Source of the DNA: Octopus vulgaris
Taxonomy: Eukaryota
Assembly: GCA_951406725.2 (NCBI GenBank)
Contig: OX597824.1
Location: 80,352,001-80,416,000, forward strand
DNA: 64,000 nucleotides
Reading direction: 5' to 3'
Under the pieces are notes generated by a model. It was given only the letters and a program-made list of their open reading frames with translations. It did not search any database and was not told where the DNA came from. Below are positions 14,810 to 27,470 of this stretch, in pieces. Positions within the stretch are counted from its first letter, which is position 1. Each line of letters starts with the position of its first letter. Made by a program: the position numbers and the translations under genes.

Positions 14810-15406
14810 TTTTCTTTACTATCCACAAGGGGCTAAACACAGAGAGGACAAACAAGGACAGAAAAACGGATTAAGTCGATTATATCAACCCCAGTGCGTA
14901 ACTGGTCCTTAATTTATCGATCCCGAAAGGATGAAAGGCAAAGTCGACCTCGCGGAGTTTGAACTCAGAACGTAGCGGCAGACGAAATACCTATTTCTTT
15001 ATTATCCACAAGGGGCTAAACACAGAGGGGACAAACAAGGACAGACATAGGTATTAAGTCGATTACATCGACACCAGTGCGTAACTGATACTTAATTTAT
15101 CGACCCCGAAAGGATGAAAGGCAAAGTCGACCTCGGCGGAATTTGAACTCACAACGTAACGGCAGACGAAATACCTATTTCTTTATTACCCACAAGGGGC
15201 TAAAGACAGAGGGGACAAACAAGGACAGACAAACGGATTAAGTCGATTATATCGATCCCAGTGCGTAACTGGTCCTTAATTTATCGACCCCGAAAGGATG
15301 AAAGGCAAAGTCGACCTCGCGGAATTTGAACTCAGAACGTAGCGGCAGACGAAATACCGCTAAGCATTTCGCCCGGCGTGCTAACGTTTTTGCCAGCTCG
15401 CCGCCC
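14810..15406 (-). mobile_element. SINE family C, tandem trimer
   Basis: Three ~183-bp bodies, one head. Confidence 0.9.
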
Positions 15407-15783
15407 TTCACCAGCGAAATACCATGTCAGTGATTGGTACACCACAAAGAGTGTGGAAGCTCGTATGTATATGTGCGTGGTGTGTGGGTGTGTGCGTTTG
15501 TGCGTGTGCGAGTACGTGTTTGTTTTTGCACTTGTGTTTATCTCGCAACAGAGATATTGGCAGCCGGTGTTCTAAATAGCGGCTCTGCAATTAAAAAATG
15601 TATAAGTACCAGGTTTAGACTTTAGAACAACGATTGATTTCAAAAACCTTCCTAGATGGAGCTCCAGCAAGGCCGCAGCTCAATACCTGAAATATAAGCC
15701 AAGAGGTAAAAAATAACAATCATTGGGGATTTTTTTTCTATATTTACATCCTGTTAGATTGCTCGCTGTATTATTTTTACCTT

Positions 15784-16167
15784 GTGTGGAGGCGCAATGG
15801 CCCAGTAGTTAGGGCAGCGGACTCGCGGTCATAGGATCGCGGTTTCGATTCCCAGACCGGGCGTTGTGAGTGTTTATTGAGCGAAAACACCTAAAGCTCC
15901 ACGAGGCTCCGGCAGGGGATGGTGGTGATCACTGCTGTACTCTTTCACCACAACTTTCACTCTTACTTCCTGTTTCTGTTGTACCTGTATTTCAAAGGGC
16001 CGGTCTTGTCACTCTCTGTGTCACGCTGAATATCCCCGAGAACTACGTTAAGGGTATACGTGTCTGTGGAGTGCTCAGCCACTTACACGTTAATTTCACG
16101 AGCAGGCTGTTCCGTTGATTCGGATCAACCGGAACCCTCGTCGTCGTAACCGAGGGAGTGCTTCCAC
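15784..16167 (+). mobile_element. SINE family A (tRNA-derived, Arg-like anticodon arm) with 11-bp TSD
   Basis: tggcccagtagttagg A-box, ggtttcgattccc B-box; TSD atttttacctt at 15773-15783 and 16168-16178. Confidence 0.9.
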
Positions 16168-16599
16168 ATTTTTACCTTAAAGATATTCAAAGGGTAAGTT
16201 GGCTACCCTTTCTAGTAGGTTTTGCAGGGGCTTATTAGATACTTCTCAAAAGTTTATCAGAAAATAGATAAATATTGGGGGAATAAACCGCCAAGAGAAA
16301 AAAAAAACTGCAAAGCAATAAAGTCAAAGGTTTGCTTATATCAGAAAGTAAGAAAAAAATAGGGGCTGGCAGAAATTATGATAACAAGGGTGTAAAAGGC
16401 AGCATAAAAACAATGAGGTGGGGTTAGGGTGTAAGAAATATATGATGATGAGGAGGATGGTGAGGATGGTGACGGTGAGAAATAAAAAGTGTTAGATGAG
16501 GAAGAAAGCTGGTGTTTGAAGATAATGTCGTAGCAAGAGACAAAATAAACAAAATGATACGCCTGCCATAATTTTGCTTGCGCGCGCGATTGTGTGTTT

Positions 16600-16860
16600 A
16601 TGTATGTATGCATGTATCAATGTATGTGTGTATGTATGTATGTATGTATGTATGTATGTATGTATGTATGTATGTATGTATGTATATGTGTGTATGTATG
16701 TATGTATGTATGTATGTATGTATGTATGTATGTATTTATGTATGTATGTATGTATGTATGTATGTATGTATGTATGTATGCATGCATGCATGTATGTATG
16801 TATGTATGTATGTATGTATGTATGTATGTATGTATGTATGTATGTATGTATGTATGTATG

Positions 16861-16891
<31 letters not shown>

Positions 16892-17032
16892 GTATGTATG
16901 TATGTATGTATGTATGTATGTATGCATGCATGTATGTATGTATGTATGTATGTATGTATGTATGTATGTATGCATGCATGCATGTATGTATGTATGTATG
17001 TATGTATGTATGTATGTATGTATGTATGTATG

Positions 17033-17063
<31 letters not shown>

Positions 17064-17900
17064 GTATGTATGTATGTATGTATGTATGTATGTATGTACG
17101 TATGTATGTATGTATCAATGTATGTATGTATGCATGTATGTAAGTATGTATGTATGTATAAATGTATGTATGTATACATGCATGTATGTAAGTATGTATG
17201 TATGTATGTATAAATGTATGTATGTATGTGTATGTATGTATGTATGTATGTATGTATGTATGTATGTATGTATGTATGTATGTATGTATGTATGCATGCA
17301 TGTATGTATGTATGTATGTATGTATGTATGTATGTATGTATGTATGTATGTATGCATGTATGTATGTATGTACGTACGTATGTATGTATGCATGTATGTA
17401 TGTACGTACGTATGTATGTATGTATGTATGTATGTATGTATGTATGTATAAATGTATGTATGTATGTATGTATGTATGTATGTATGTATGCATGCATGTA
17501 TGTATGTATGTATGTATGTATGTATGTATGTATGTATGTATGTATGTATGTATGTATGTATGTATGTATGTACGTACGTATGTATGTATGCATGTATGTA
17601 TGTACGTACGTATGTATGTATGTATGTATGTATGTATGTATGTATAAATGTATGTATGTATGTATGTATGTATGTATGTATGTATGTATGTATGTATGTA
17701 TGTATGTATGTATGTATGTATGTATGTATGTATGTATGTATGTATGTATGTATGTATGTATGTATGTATGTACGTACGTATGTATGTATGCATGTATGTA
17801 TGTACGTACGTATGTATGTATGTATGTATGTATGTATGTATGTATGTATGCATGCATGTATGTATGTATGTATGTATGTATGTATGTATGTATGCATGTA
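16600..17900. repeat. 1.3-kb (TATG)n microsatellite with variant units
   Basis: Seen directly; explains the 528-aa HTYI ORF. Confidence 0.95.
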
Positions 17901-18032
17901 TGTCTATCTGTGTGAGTAACTTTTTAAACTTTATACTGTACATGCATATGTATGTAGTTGTATGTATATATATATATATTTGATATATACATATATATCT
18001 ATTTATACACACACAGATGCAGACAGATAGAT

Positions 18033-18069
<37 letters not shown>

Positions 18070-18171
18070 CACACACATGCATATTTCTTTTAAATGGAAA
18101 CATTTAAATAAGTATTACCCTACCCAAAATTAGAATCTCTATGAAGTAAACTCAGCAATACCAATGTATAG

Positions 18172-18252
<81 letters not shown>

Positions 18253-18318
18253 TATATATATGTTTGTGTGTGTGTGTATGTATATATATATATGCATATA
18301 TAATATATATAATATATA

Positions 18319-18395
<77 letters not shown>

Positions 18396-18422
18396 AATAA
18401 GCAACAAGGATATCCAGAGGTA

Positions 18423-18512
18423 ATGCAGTCCGATCGTTTCATGCGACTCCATTTAATTGACCAATGCAAATATTACATCAGTTTTAAAATGTAGAGCAAT
18501 CTTCAGCTGCAT
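18423..18512 (-). ncRNA. Type I hammerhead ribozyme, mutated cleavage triplet
   Basis: Minus: atgcag CTGAAGA [stem II, long loop] GAAAC gatc GGA ctgcat. Stem I is 6 perfect bp, but the triplet is GGA instead of GUH. Confidence 0.65.
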
Positions 18513-18642
18513 AAAAATATAGAATTTAGTTAAATTCAAAGGATTCATTTGTATCGTTATTCTATAGAATAACTATTCTGGTGCCTTTAACTTAAGTACC
18601 ATATTCAACTGAATCTAAATTTTTAATTTTACTGAACTTATA

Positions 18643-18696
<54 letters not shown>

Positions 18697-18833
18697 TATA
18701 CTTATATATAATGGATGTATATGTTTAACAGATCATCAAAGATGATCTGAGACTAAGTTACATCAACTACTATTACTACTACTACTACTACTACCACTAC
18801 TACTACTACAACTACTACTACTACTACTACAAT

Positions 18834-18883
<50 letters not shown>

Positions 18884-19172
18884 TTACTACTACTACTACA
18901 TGGTTAGTTTACCTGCCAAATATGATAACCTAAATTCTATCAAATCATGCCTCACCGTTTCAATAAATGGAATGGCACATTGGATAATATATTCCTAGAT
19001 ATGCATAACGTTTGAAAACGAAAACTATCTATCTAGCTAGCTAGCTATGTATATATATATATGTGAAAACATATATACCGGAGGAAGCACATAAATGTGA
19101 AACAAGGTGGAAAAAAGAGTACTCAAATACCAGAGGTAGAGTAATATGTTTTATTTAAAAGCACCAGAAATA

Positions 19173-19227
19173 TAACAAAAGCTCTTACTCAGAGTTTCAC
19201 GTTCCCGTTCGTCGGAGAGTTTTGTTA
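19173..19227 (-). ncRNA. Minimal Type I hammerhead-like motif (CCGACGA core variant)
   Basis: Minus: taacaaaa ctct CCGACGA acg ggaa cgt GAAAC tctga GTA agag c ttttgtta. Confidence 0.6.
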
Positions 19228-19325
19228 AAATAGAACAGAAATAACATATATCTATATATGTATATATATATATTTACACGCACACACTTAACTATATGCA
19301 TACATATGCATATACTTATACACAC

Positions 19326-19380
<55 letters not shown>

Positions 19381-19384
<4 letters not shown>

Positions 19385-20026
19385 ATAAAGGGTGGAATAT
19401 AATTAATTTAAAAAAATTAATCAATTTCACCTAGTAGATTTGTCGGTATGGAAAAGACCATGTTTGGTAAGGGTTATAATAATTATAATTAAGGGTTAAA
19501 TGCAACAAGTTGCTCAAAACCACATACCGAAAATATTAGAAATAGCAGCCGAAATTGGTCATTATTTCCTCTACTAGTAAAAAGTCTCCACAAACAAACA
19601 GAATTTGTAAGCTGTATATGGCAAAAAAGGCAGAAAATAACGAAAACCCAGTCTATGGATTAATTATAGACGAATCGTTTCTGGATTAGAACCGAAGGTT
19701 CATTTCTTTGTCAATATAATATTTCCTATAAATCTAGAAATGCTAGGGGAAAAAACTTACCCGTTACACCAGTACGATCTGCGACATCGGACGGCTTAAC
19801 GGAACTGCTAGCATTCGTACATCTATGCCGACATGCGAATTCATATTTCCCTCCAAAATCTACCACGTGAGCCACAAAAACATTACCAACGAAACGAAAA
19901 ATTCGGAGATAACTTGTAAGGGAGCAAAAGTATTCAATATGCAATAAAGGGTGGAATATAATTAATTTAATAAAATTAATCAATTTCACCTAGTAGAATT
20001 GTCGGTATGGAAAAGACCATATTTGG

Positions 20027-20029
<3 letters not shown>
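19381..20029 (-). mobile_element. 559-bp unit plus 90-bp terminal direct repeat, inserted in (TA)n; retrozyme-like
   Basis: 19381-19470 is repeated at 19940-20029 (3 mismatches). Motif order is shared with the 485-bp unit. A decayed HHR lies at 19663-19720. Confidence 0.7.
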
Positions 20030-20056
<27 letters not shown>

Positions 20057-20057
<1 letters not shown>

Positions 20058-20219
20058 ACTTATAAAATAAGGGCAAGAGAAAATTTAATGCCTAATATGC
20101 CGAAAAAAAGACAAAATTGTCAATAACCATTATAAATTATAATGGTTATTGACAATTTTGTCTTTTTTTCGGCATATTTGGCATTAGAATTTTTTCTCTT
20201 GCCCTTATTTTATAAGTTA
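20057..20219. repeat. ~80-bp-arm palindrome next to (TA)n
   Basis: taacttataaaataagggcaagag..ccattata / tataatgg..ctcttgcccttattttataagtta. Confidence 0.9.
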
Positions 20220-20307
20220 GTTATAAATTTAACCTTTAAAGGTATTTTTTGATATGTTGGCCATTGATAAATTTTTTTCTTTCGAAAAAAATCTTATCCT
20301 ATATTAG

Positions 20308-20371
<64 letters not shown>

Positions 20372-21243
20372 TTGATTTATTGAAATCATCTCCACTTCTA
20401 TATGAAGTATTTAAATACCAAATACCAATTGAGACCAGCTTCCCACGAGAAGGTGTATTACTTTCTGGCCTCAGAAAGTAATTCCACAAAGTTGACTTGC
20501 CTTCCAGGAAAATAATAGTTTTATCATCTGCAGAGTTGTGACCAGTTGTTGCAGCCAGCCGCTTGTTTGTCAAAAGGTGATATCAGCTTGATAATCCTCT
20601 TAATTGAGGCACTTTTTCACTTATAATTCAGCATTTAACGCCTAGGTAATTTGCATAGTTTAAACAAAAATGAATTAAGAAAATTATCTCAGAGTCGCCA
20701 GTAGCATGTATTTGAAGAACATGGACAAATAGATCAATACATCAAAAGTTATTGGATAAATAAGGGTATATCCGTGAAATACAGACAGTGACTCAAGCAC
20801 TCATGAAATCTTTCGGGTAACATTTTTTGATAGAAGGGGAAATAATCCAGTAAATCTCAAATATTTCACACGAATTAAAAATCCAGGAAATGTCCATAAT
20901 CATCAATCACAGTCTAACGTAAATAAATAAATGAATGATGATATTGATATCACATTTATTATCCGGTTACGATCGTTTCAATAACAGGTGAGATAGTTAT
21001 ATCATTTGAAACACTGGAACGTATATACGCAATATTTATGCAAGAACATGCGATTTTACGATATTAGAGCAAAACTCGAGCCTACGTTTGCGATGGAGAG
21101 GGTTACACGATTAGATCGACCTCTGCAACCAGCTTGAGTTTTATTTTTTCGAACCCTGTATATTAAAAGACAGCACAAATACCACAAAGCACTTTTCTAC
21201 ACCACTGTGTGCCCGCCAATTTAATCCACCTGCCCTCCTACTT

Positions 21244-21418
21244 ACCTACCTACCTACCTACCTACCTACCTACCTACCTACCTACCTACCTACCTACCTA
21301 CCTACCTACCTACCTACCTACCTACCTACCTACCTACCTACCTACCTACCTACCTACCTACCTACCTTCATACCTACCTACCTACCTACCTACCTACCTA
21401 CCTACCTACCTACCTACT
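21244..21418. repeat. (CCTA)n microsatellite
   Basis: Seen directly. Confidence 0.95.
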
Positions 21419-22039
21419 TACATACATACATGCTTGTATACATCCATGTATGTATGTATCAGCGTAAAATATGATATACACGCATACACACACACAGACA
21501 CACACATATATACATATACTGATGTCTATCTATCAATCTCATTCTATATATACGTGCATGGTTGTATATACGTATGCGTGTATATATAATCTACTTATAT
21601 GAATATATATGTGTGTGTATATACATGCATATATAATTACATATATATGTATGTATATATATATATATATATACACACCCCACCACACATATATATTTAC
21701 ATAAACACATACATTTACATACACACACACTCACATACACTCACACGTGTGTGTGTTGCTGTTTGTGCGTGTAAGAGTGCGCACATATAATCCCTTAGGG
21801 AAATGAAAGGGACTAAAAAAAATAGGGGGGAAAGCCATAAATAGTGGTTCATTTGATGTCCTTCATAAGTTCCGACATTCCCTCTTAACTCACTGATTGC
21901 TGATAACAATTCCATATGTTATAACTAACACATGTTCCTCTCCCCACCTCCCTGTCCATCTCTCTCTGTCTCTCTCTTTCTCTCTCTCTTACACATACAG
22001 ACATAGACACACTCACGCGCGCGCACACTATAATCTCTT

Positions 22040-22071
<32 letters not shown>

Positions 22072-22899
22072 GCACACGCACTATATTCTCTTCATCTCTC
22101 TCATACACGAACAGTCACATTACACGCACACTCATGCACTACGCACACACGCATACACACACACACACACACACGACACACTGCATATGCATATACATAC
22201 ACACGAACATACGCACACGCAGAGGTACACTAGACTCACTCACACACACACACCTACACACACACACTACACACACTACATACATTACAGACACACGCAC
22301 TACACACACATACACACAAACTAGACACTCTCACACACACAAACTAGACACACACACACACACAAACACACAAACTAGACACACACACACAAACTAGACA
22401 CGCACACACACACAACTACATACACACACATACACAAACTAGACACTCTCTCTCAAACACACACACACACACACACACACAAACTAGACACACACACAAA
22501 CTAGACACACACACGCACAAACTAGACACACACACACACACACGCACAAAATACTCACGCACAAAGCACACGCATAAGAACCTCTCTCCCCCTCTCTCTC
22601 TCTCTCTCTCATTATGTATCTCCTATTCTTTTCCCTTTCTCACTTTTCTCTCTCTCTATTTTTTCCCATTCTCCTCGTCATCATCTCTCTCTCTCTCTGT
22701 CTGTCTCTCTCTCTGTCTTTTTGTCATTCCTCTCTCTCTTATTCACCTCCAACCTTTGTCTTGTCTACCTCTCACTACATTCATCTCTTCGCTCCCCACC
22801 CCACCATCGTTATCTTCTCTTCTCTTCCCTCACTTTCTCTATTACAACGACCAGATATTTGACTCGAATGATTTGTTGCTGGGCTTAGCATGCTGTCTA

Positions 22900-24025
22900 T
22901 CCGTGTGACGGTCTCACTGCCCGCCTGAGTCTGTCTGTTTGACTGTCTGTCTATCTGTCTGTCTGTCTCTGTCTGCAAGTCTCTCCGTCTGTCTGTCTGA
23001 CAGGCTGACCGTGTCTGTCCGTCCATCCGTTTGTGTCGGTTTGTCTGTCAGAGTGACTATCTACCTGACAGTCTGTCTGTCTGTCTGCCAGTCCCTTCTG
23101 TCTGTCTGTCTGTTTGTCTGTCTGCCAGTCTGACTGACTATCTAAGTGTCTGTCTGTGTCTGTCTACCAGTCTGTTTGTCAGGCTGTCTGTCTTCGTCTG
23201 TCAGGTCTGTCTGTTTTGTGTCTGTGTCTCTCCGTCTGAGTGGCTGTCCGTCTGTCTGTCTGTCTGTCTGCCTGTCTGTCTATCTGTCTGTATGTCTGTC
23301 TGGGTGACTGTCTGCCTATCTGTCAGGCGGCTGTCTGTCTTCGTTCTTCGTCTGTCAGGTCTGTCTGTTTTGTGTCTGTGTCTCTCCGTCTGAGTGGCTG
23401 TCCGTCTGTCTGTCTGTCTGTCTGTCTGCCTGTCTGTCTATCTGTCTGTATGTCTGTCTGGGTGACTGTCTGCCTATCTGTCAGGCGGCTGTCTGTCTTC
23501 GTCTGTCAGGTCTGTCTGTTTGTGTCTGTGTCTCTCTGTCTGAGTGGCTGTCCGTCTGTCTGTCTGTCTGACTGTCTGTCTGTCTGGGTGACTGTCTGCC
23601 TATCCGTCAGGCGGTAAGTCTATTTTGGTAGCGGTCTGCTGAGTGTCCTTGTGCCTGTGTGCCCTGGTGTTTGTGTGTCTGTGTGTCTATATTTATGTTT
23701 ATCTGGGTATCAGTCTGTCCGTCTAGGCATCTGTCTGTCTGTCAGTCAGTCTGTCTCTTTGTCTGCCTGACTGCCTGCCGAACTGCCTGCCTGACTCCCT
23801 GCCTGTCTGTCTTTCGTATGTCTGACTCTTTGTCTGTGTATCTGTCTATATTTATGTTTGCTTGGGCATCAGTCTATCCGTCTAGGCATCGGTCTGCCTG
23901 TCTGTCTGTCAGTCTATCTGTCTGTCAGTCTGTCTGTTTGCCTGCGTGCCTTTCCGACTGTTTGACTCCTTGTCTGTGTGTCTGTCTATATTTATGTTCG
24001 TCTGGGTATCAGTCTGTCTGTCTAT
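22900..24025. repeat. Degenerate (TCTG)n tract containing ~3 copies of a ~150-bp higher-order unit (23178-23613)
   Basis: ctgagtggctgtccgtctg..gggtgactgtctgcctatc occurs three times. Confidence 0.85.
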
Positions 24026-24059
24026 CGTGGTAGCTGTCATAGTGGTTGTCTGCTCAGGA

Positions 24060-24442
24060 GGAGGCGCAATGGCCCAGTGGTTAGGACAGCGGACTCGCGG
24101 TCGTAGGATCGCGGTTTCGATTCCCAAACCGGGCGTTGTGAGTGTTTATTGAGCGAAAACACCTAAAGCTCCACGAGGCTCCGGCAGGGATGGTGGTGAT
24201 CCCTGCTGTACTCATTCACCACAACTTCCTCTCATTCTTACTTCCAGTTTCTGTTGTACCTGTATTTCAAAGGGCCGGCATTGTCACTCTCTGTGTCACG
24301 CTGAATATCCCCGAGAACTACGTTAAGGGTACACGTGTCTGTGGAGTGCTCAGCCACTTACACGTTAATTTCACGAGCAGGCTGTTCCGTTGATCGGATC
24401 AACCGGAACCCTCGTCGTCGTAACCAACGGAGTGCTTCCACC
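24060..24442 (+). mobile_element. SINE family A (part of an inverted duplication)
   Basis: Same sequence as 15784-16167; lacks its own 5' TSD. Confidence 0.9.
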
Positions 24443-25240
24443 ATTAGTCATGTAGCTTTTGAATTACAGTTGTTCAAGGCATCTATCTATTATTTCGACC
24501 TTACTGGTTTTGTTGAGGCAGGGTCAGTAAAGTCGCTAAGCACCTTCACTATCGGAGGACCTGTGAAACCCATAGACACATCCCATCTTTAGCGGAGTGT
24601 CTTTAGAAGTTCAGACACATAACCTGTTCCCAACTGAGAGCGCGCAAAGTCCATGACTACAGGCGTATCTTACTTTAGGGGCCTGCAAAGAACACGAGCA
24701 CTGCCATTTTCCATTGGATGACCGGCACAGCGCCTGAATAGGATCCCTTTTCAGTTGGAGAACCTGCCAATTTGATAATATCAGGCAGTCTCTTCTTTTA
24801 TGTTAGGGCCTGCGAAGAGTATGAGCGTAGCCCGATCTTCCAAGCCAGACTATTGAATAAACATAATGCGCCATATCCATCTTTTTACGTCCCACGAGGG
24901 CCTGAAAAATATCTCGCAGCTTTAATCACGAAACGAGCCAATGAGGAAGTGAGAACGTGACCACTCAACTTGATAGATATAGCAGCGAAACCTACCTCAA
25001 ATTACACCATAGATAATTTAGAATAACATACTGTAGATAATGTGGTTCGGAGTACATAATGAATGTAAATAAAATACGAGATGGGCATGGATGGAATGAT
25101 TTCGATTATAGAAACAGTGCAGTAGAGAGAGCTTCAGATTAAGAAATAGGAAATATGAAACAATAATGAAACAACAGCAACTAACAGCTAAACAACTAAT
25201 CAAGAAGTTTGTGGAGGCGCAATCGGTTGACTTCTTGATT

Positions 25241-25630
25241 GGTGGAAGCACTCCGTCGGTTACGACGACGAGGGTTCCGGTTGATCCGAATCAACGGAAC
25301 AGCCTGCTCGTGAAATTAACGTGTAAGTGGCTGAGCACTCCACAGACACGTGTACCCTTAACGTAGTTCTCGGGGATATTCAGCGTGACACAGAGAGTGA
25401 CAAGGCCGGCCCTTTGAAATACAGGTACAACAGAAACAGGAAGTAAGAGTGAGAGAAAGTTGTGGTGAAAGAGTACAGCAGGGACCACCACCATCCCTGC
25501 CGGAGCCTCGTGGAGCTTTTAGGTGCTTTCGCTCAATAAACACTCACAACGCCCGGTCTGGGAATCGAAACCGCGATCCTACGACCGCGAGTCCGCTGCC
25601 CTAACCACTGGGCCATTGCGCCTCCACAAA
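25241..25630 (-). mobile_element. SINE family A with 10-bp TSD
   Basis: cttcttgatt at 25231-25240 and 25631-25640. Confidence 0.9.
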
Positions 25631-26400
25631 CTTCTTGATTAGTTGTTTAGCTGTTAGTTGCTGTTGTTTCATTATTGTTTCATATTTCCTATTTCTTAAT
25701 CTGAAGCTCTCTCTACTGCACTGTTTCTATAATCGAAATCATTCCATCCATGCCCATCTCGTATTTTATTTACATTCATTATGTACTCCGAACCACATTA
25801 TCTACAGTATGTTATTCTAAATTATCTATGGTGTAATTTGAGGTAGGTTTCGCTGCTATATCTATCAAGTTGAGTGGTCACGTTCTCACTTCCTCATTGG
25901 CTCGTTTCGTGATTAAAACTGCGAGATATTTTTCAGGCCCTCGTGGGACGTAAAAAGATGGATATGGCGCATTATGTTTATTCAATAGTCTGGCTTGGAA
26001 GAGCGGGCTACGCTCATACTCTTCGCAGGCCCTAACATAAAAGAAGAGACTGCCTGATATTATCAAATTGGCAGGTTCTCCAACTGAAAAGGGATCCTAT
26101 CCAGGCGCTGTGCCGGTCATCCAATGGAAAATGGCAGTGCTCGTGTTCTTTGCAGGCCCCTAAAGTAAGATGCGCCTGTAGTCATGGACTTTGCGCGCTC
26201 TCAGTTGGGAACAGGTTATGTGTCTGAACTTCTAAAGACACTGCGCTAAAGAAGGGATGTGTCTATGGGTTTCACAGGTCCTCCGATAGTGAAGGAACGG
26301 TGCTTAGCGACTTTACTGACCCTGCCTCAACAAAACCAGTAAGGTAGAAATAATAGATAGATGACTTGAACAACTGTAATTCAAAAGCTACATGACTAAT

Positions 26401-26787
26401 GGTGGAAGCACTCCGTCGGTTACGACGACGAGGGTTCCGGTTGATCCGATCAACGGAACAGCCTGCTCGTGAAATTAACGTGTAAGTGGCTGAGCACTCC
26501 ACAGACACGTGTACCCTTAACGTAGTTCTCGGGGATATTCAGCGTGACACAGAGAGTGACAAGGCCGGCCCTTTGAAATACAGGTACAACAGAAACTGGA
26601 AGTAAGAGTGAGAGAAAGTTGTGGTGAAAGAGTACAGCAGGGATCACCACCATCCCTGCAGGAGCCTCGTGGAGCTTTTAGGTGTTTTCGCTCAATAAAC
26701 ACTCACAACGCCCGGTCTGGGAATCGAAACCGCGATCCTACGACCGCGAGTCCGCTGCCATAACCACTGGGCCATTGCGCCTCCACA
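26401..26787 (-). mobile_element. SINE family A with ~11-bp TSD
   Basis: acatgactaat on both sides. Confidence 0.9.
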
Positions 26788-27009
26788 CATGACTAATACG
26801 GGTAGGCATAAAAGGAATTCTTAACATATGTCCTCTGTTTGTTGTTGTTGCTGTTGTTTCGGTAATAACAATAGTGATTGCTTTGGGAGTAGTTCTAATG
26901 TTAGCTACTACAGAGGATGCTGCTGCAGTAGAAGATGAGGCTGCTGTTGATTAGCCACGAGAGGAATTATCATAAAAGGCGTCCCAGGAATGACATTCTC
27001 CAGTATTCT

Positions 27010-27470
27010 TAATTCTTTATTTCCCACAAGGGACTAAACATAGAGGGAGTCAAACAAGGACAGACAAAGGGATTAAGTCGATTACATCGACTCCAGGGCG
27101 TAACTGGTACTTAATTTATCGACCCCTAAAGGATGAAAGGCAAAGTCGAATTTGAACTCAGAACGTAACGGCAGACGAAATACCGCTAAGCATTTCGTCC
27201 GACGTGCTAACGTTTCTGCCAGCTCGCCTCCTTAATTCTCCAGTATTCTTACGGACAGGTGAACAAGTTCCTCAACACGCTTTCCTGTTGTAAGCTATTC
27301 GCTTTCACAAGCTTAGCGGCATTTCGTTTGTTTTTACGTTCTGAGTTCAAATTCTGCCGGGATCGACTTTGCATTTCGTACTTTCGGTGTCGATAAATTA
27401 ACTACCAGTTGCGTACTGGCGTTGATCTAACCGACTGGCCCCCTCCATCAAAATTTCGGACCTTGTGTAG
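27010..27470. mobile_element. Two SINE C copies, head-to-head (27010-27233 minus; 27310-27470 plus, degenerate)
   Basis: Family C motifs on both strands. Confidence 0.75.

Larger units (their letters stand above)
24060..26784. repeat. 1.16-kb inverted duplication (24060-25223 vs 25615-26784)
   Basis: Mirror ORFs 24772..24960(+) / 25878..26066(-) and 25018..25251(-) / 25635..25820(+). Confidence 0.95.

Noticed and set aside
15784-15860. tRNA gene
   Set aside because: This is the tRNA-like head of a SINE: a ~310-bp body follows, a TSD flanks it, and there are four copies in the window.
16492-18078. 528-aa ORF and the other HTYI/CVCV/IYIY/LSLS ORFs
   Set aside because: They are translations of stop-free microsatellites.
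24772-24960. 62-aa ORF present twice
   Set aside because: It is a product of the inverted duplication and has no recognisable protein motif.
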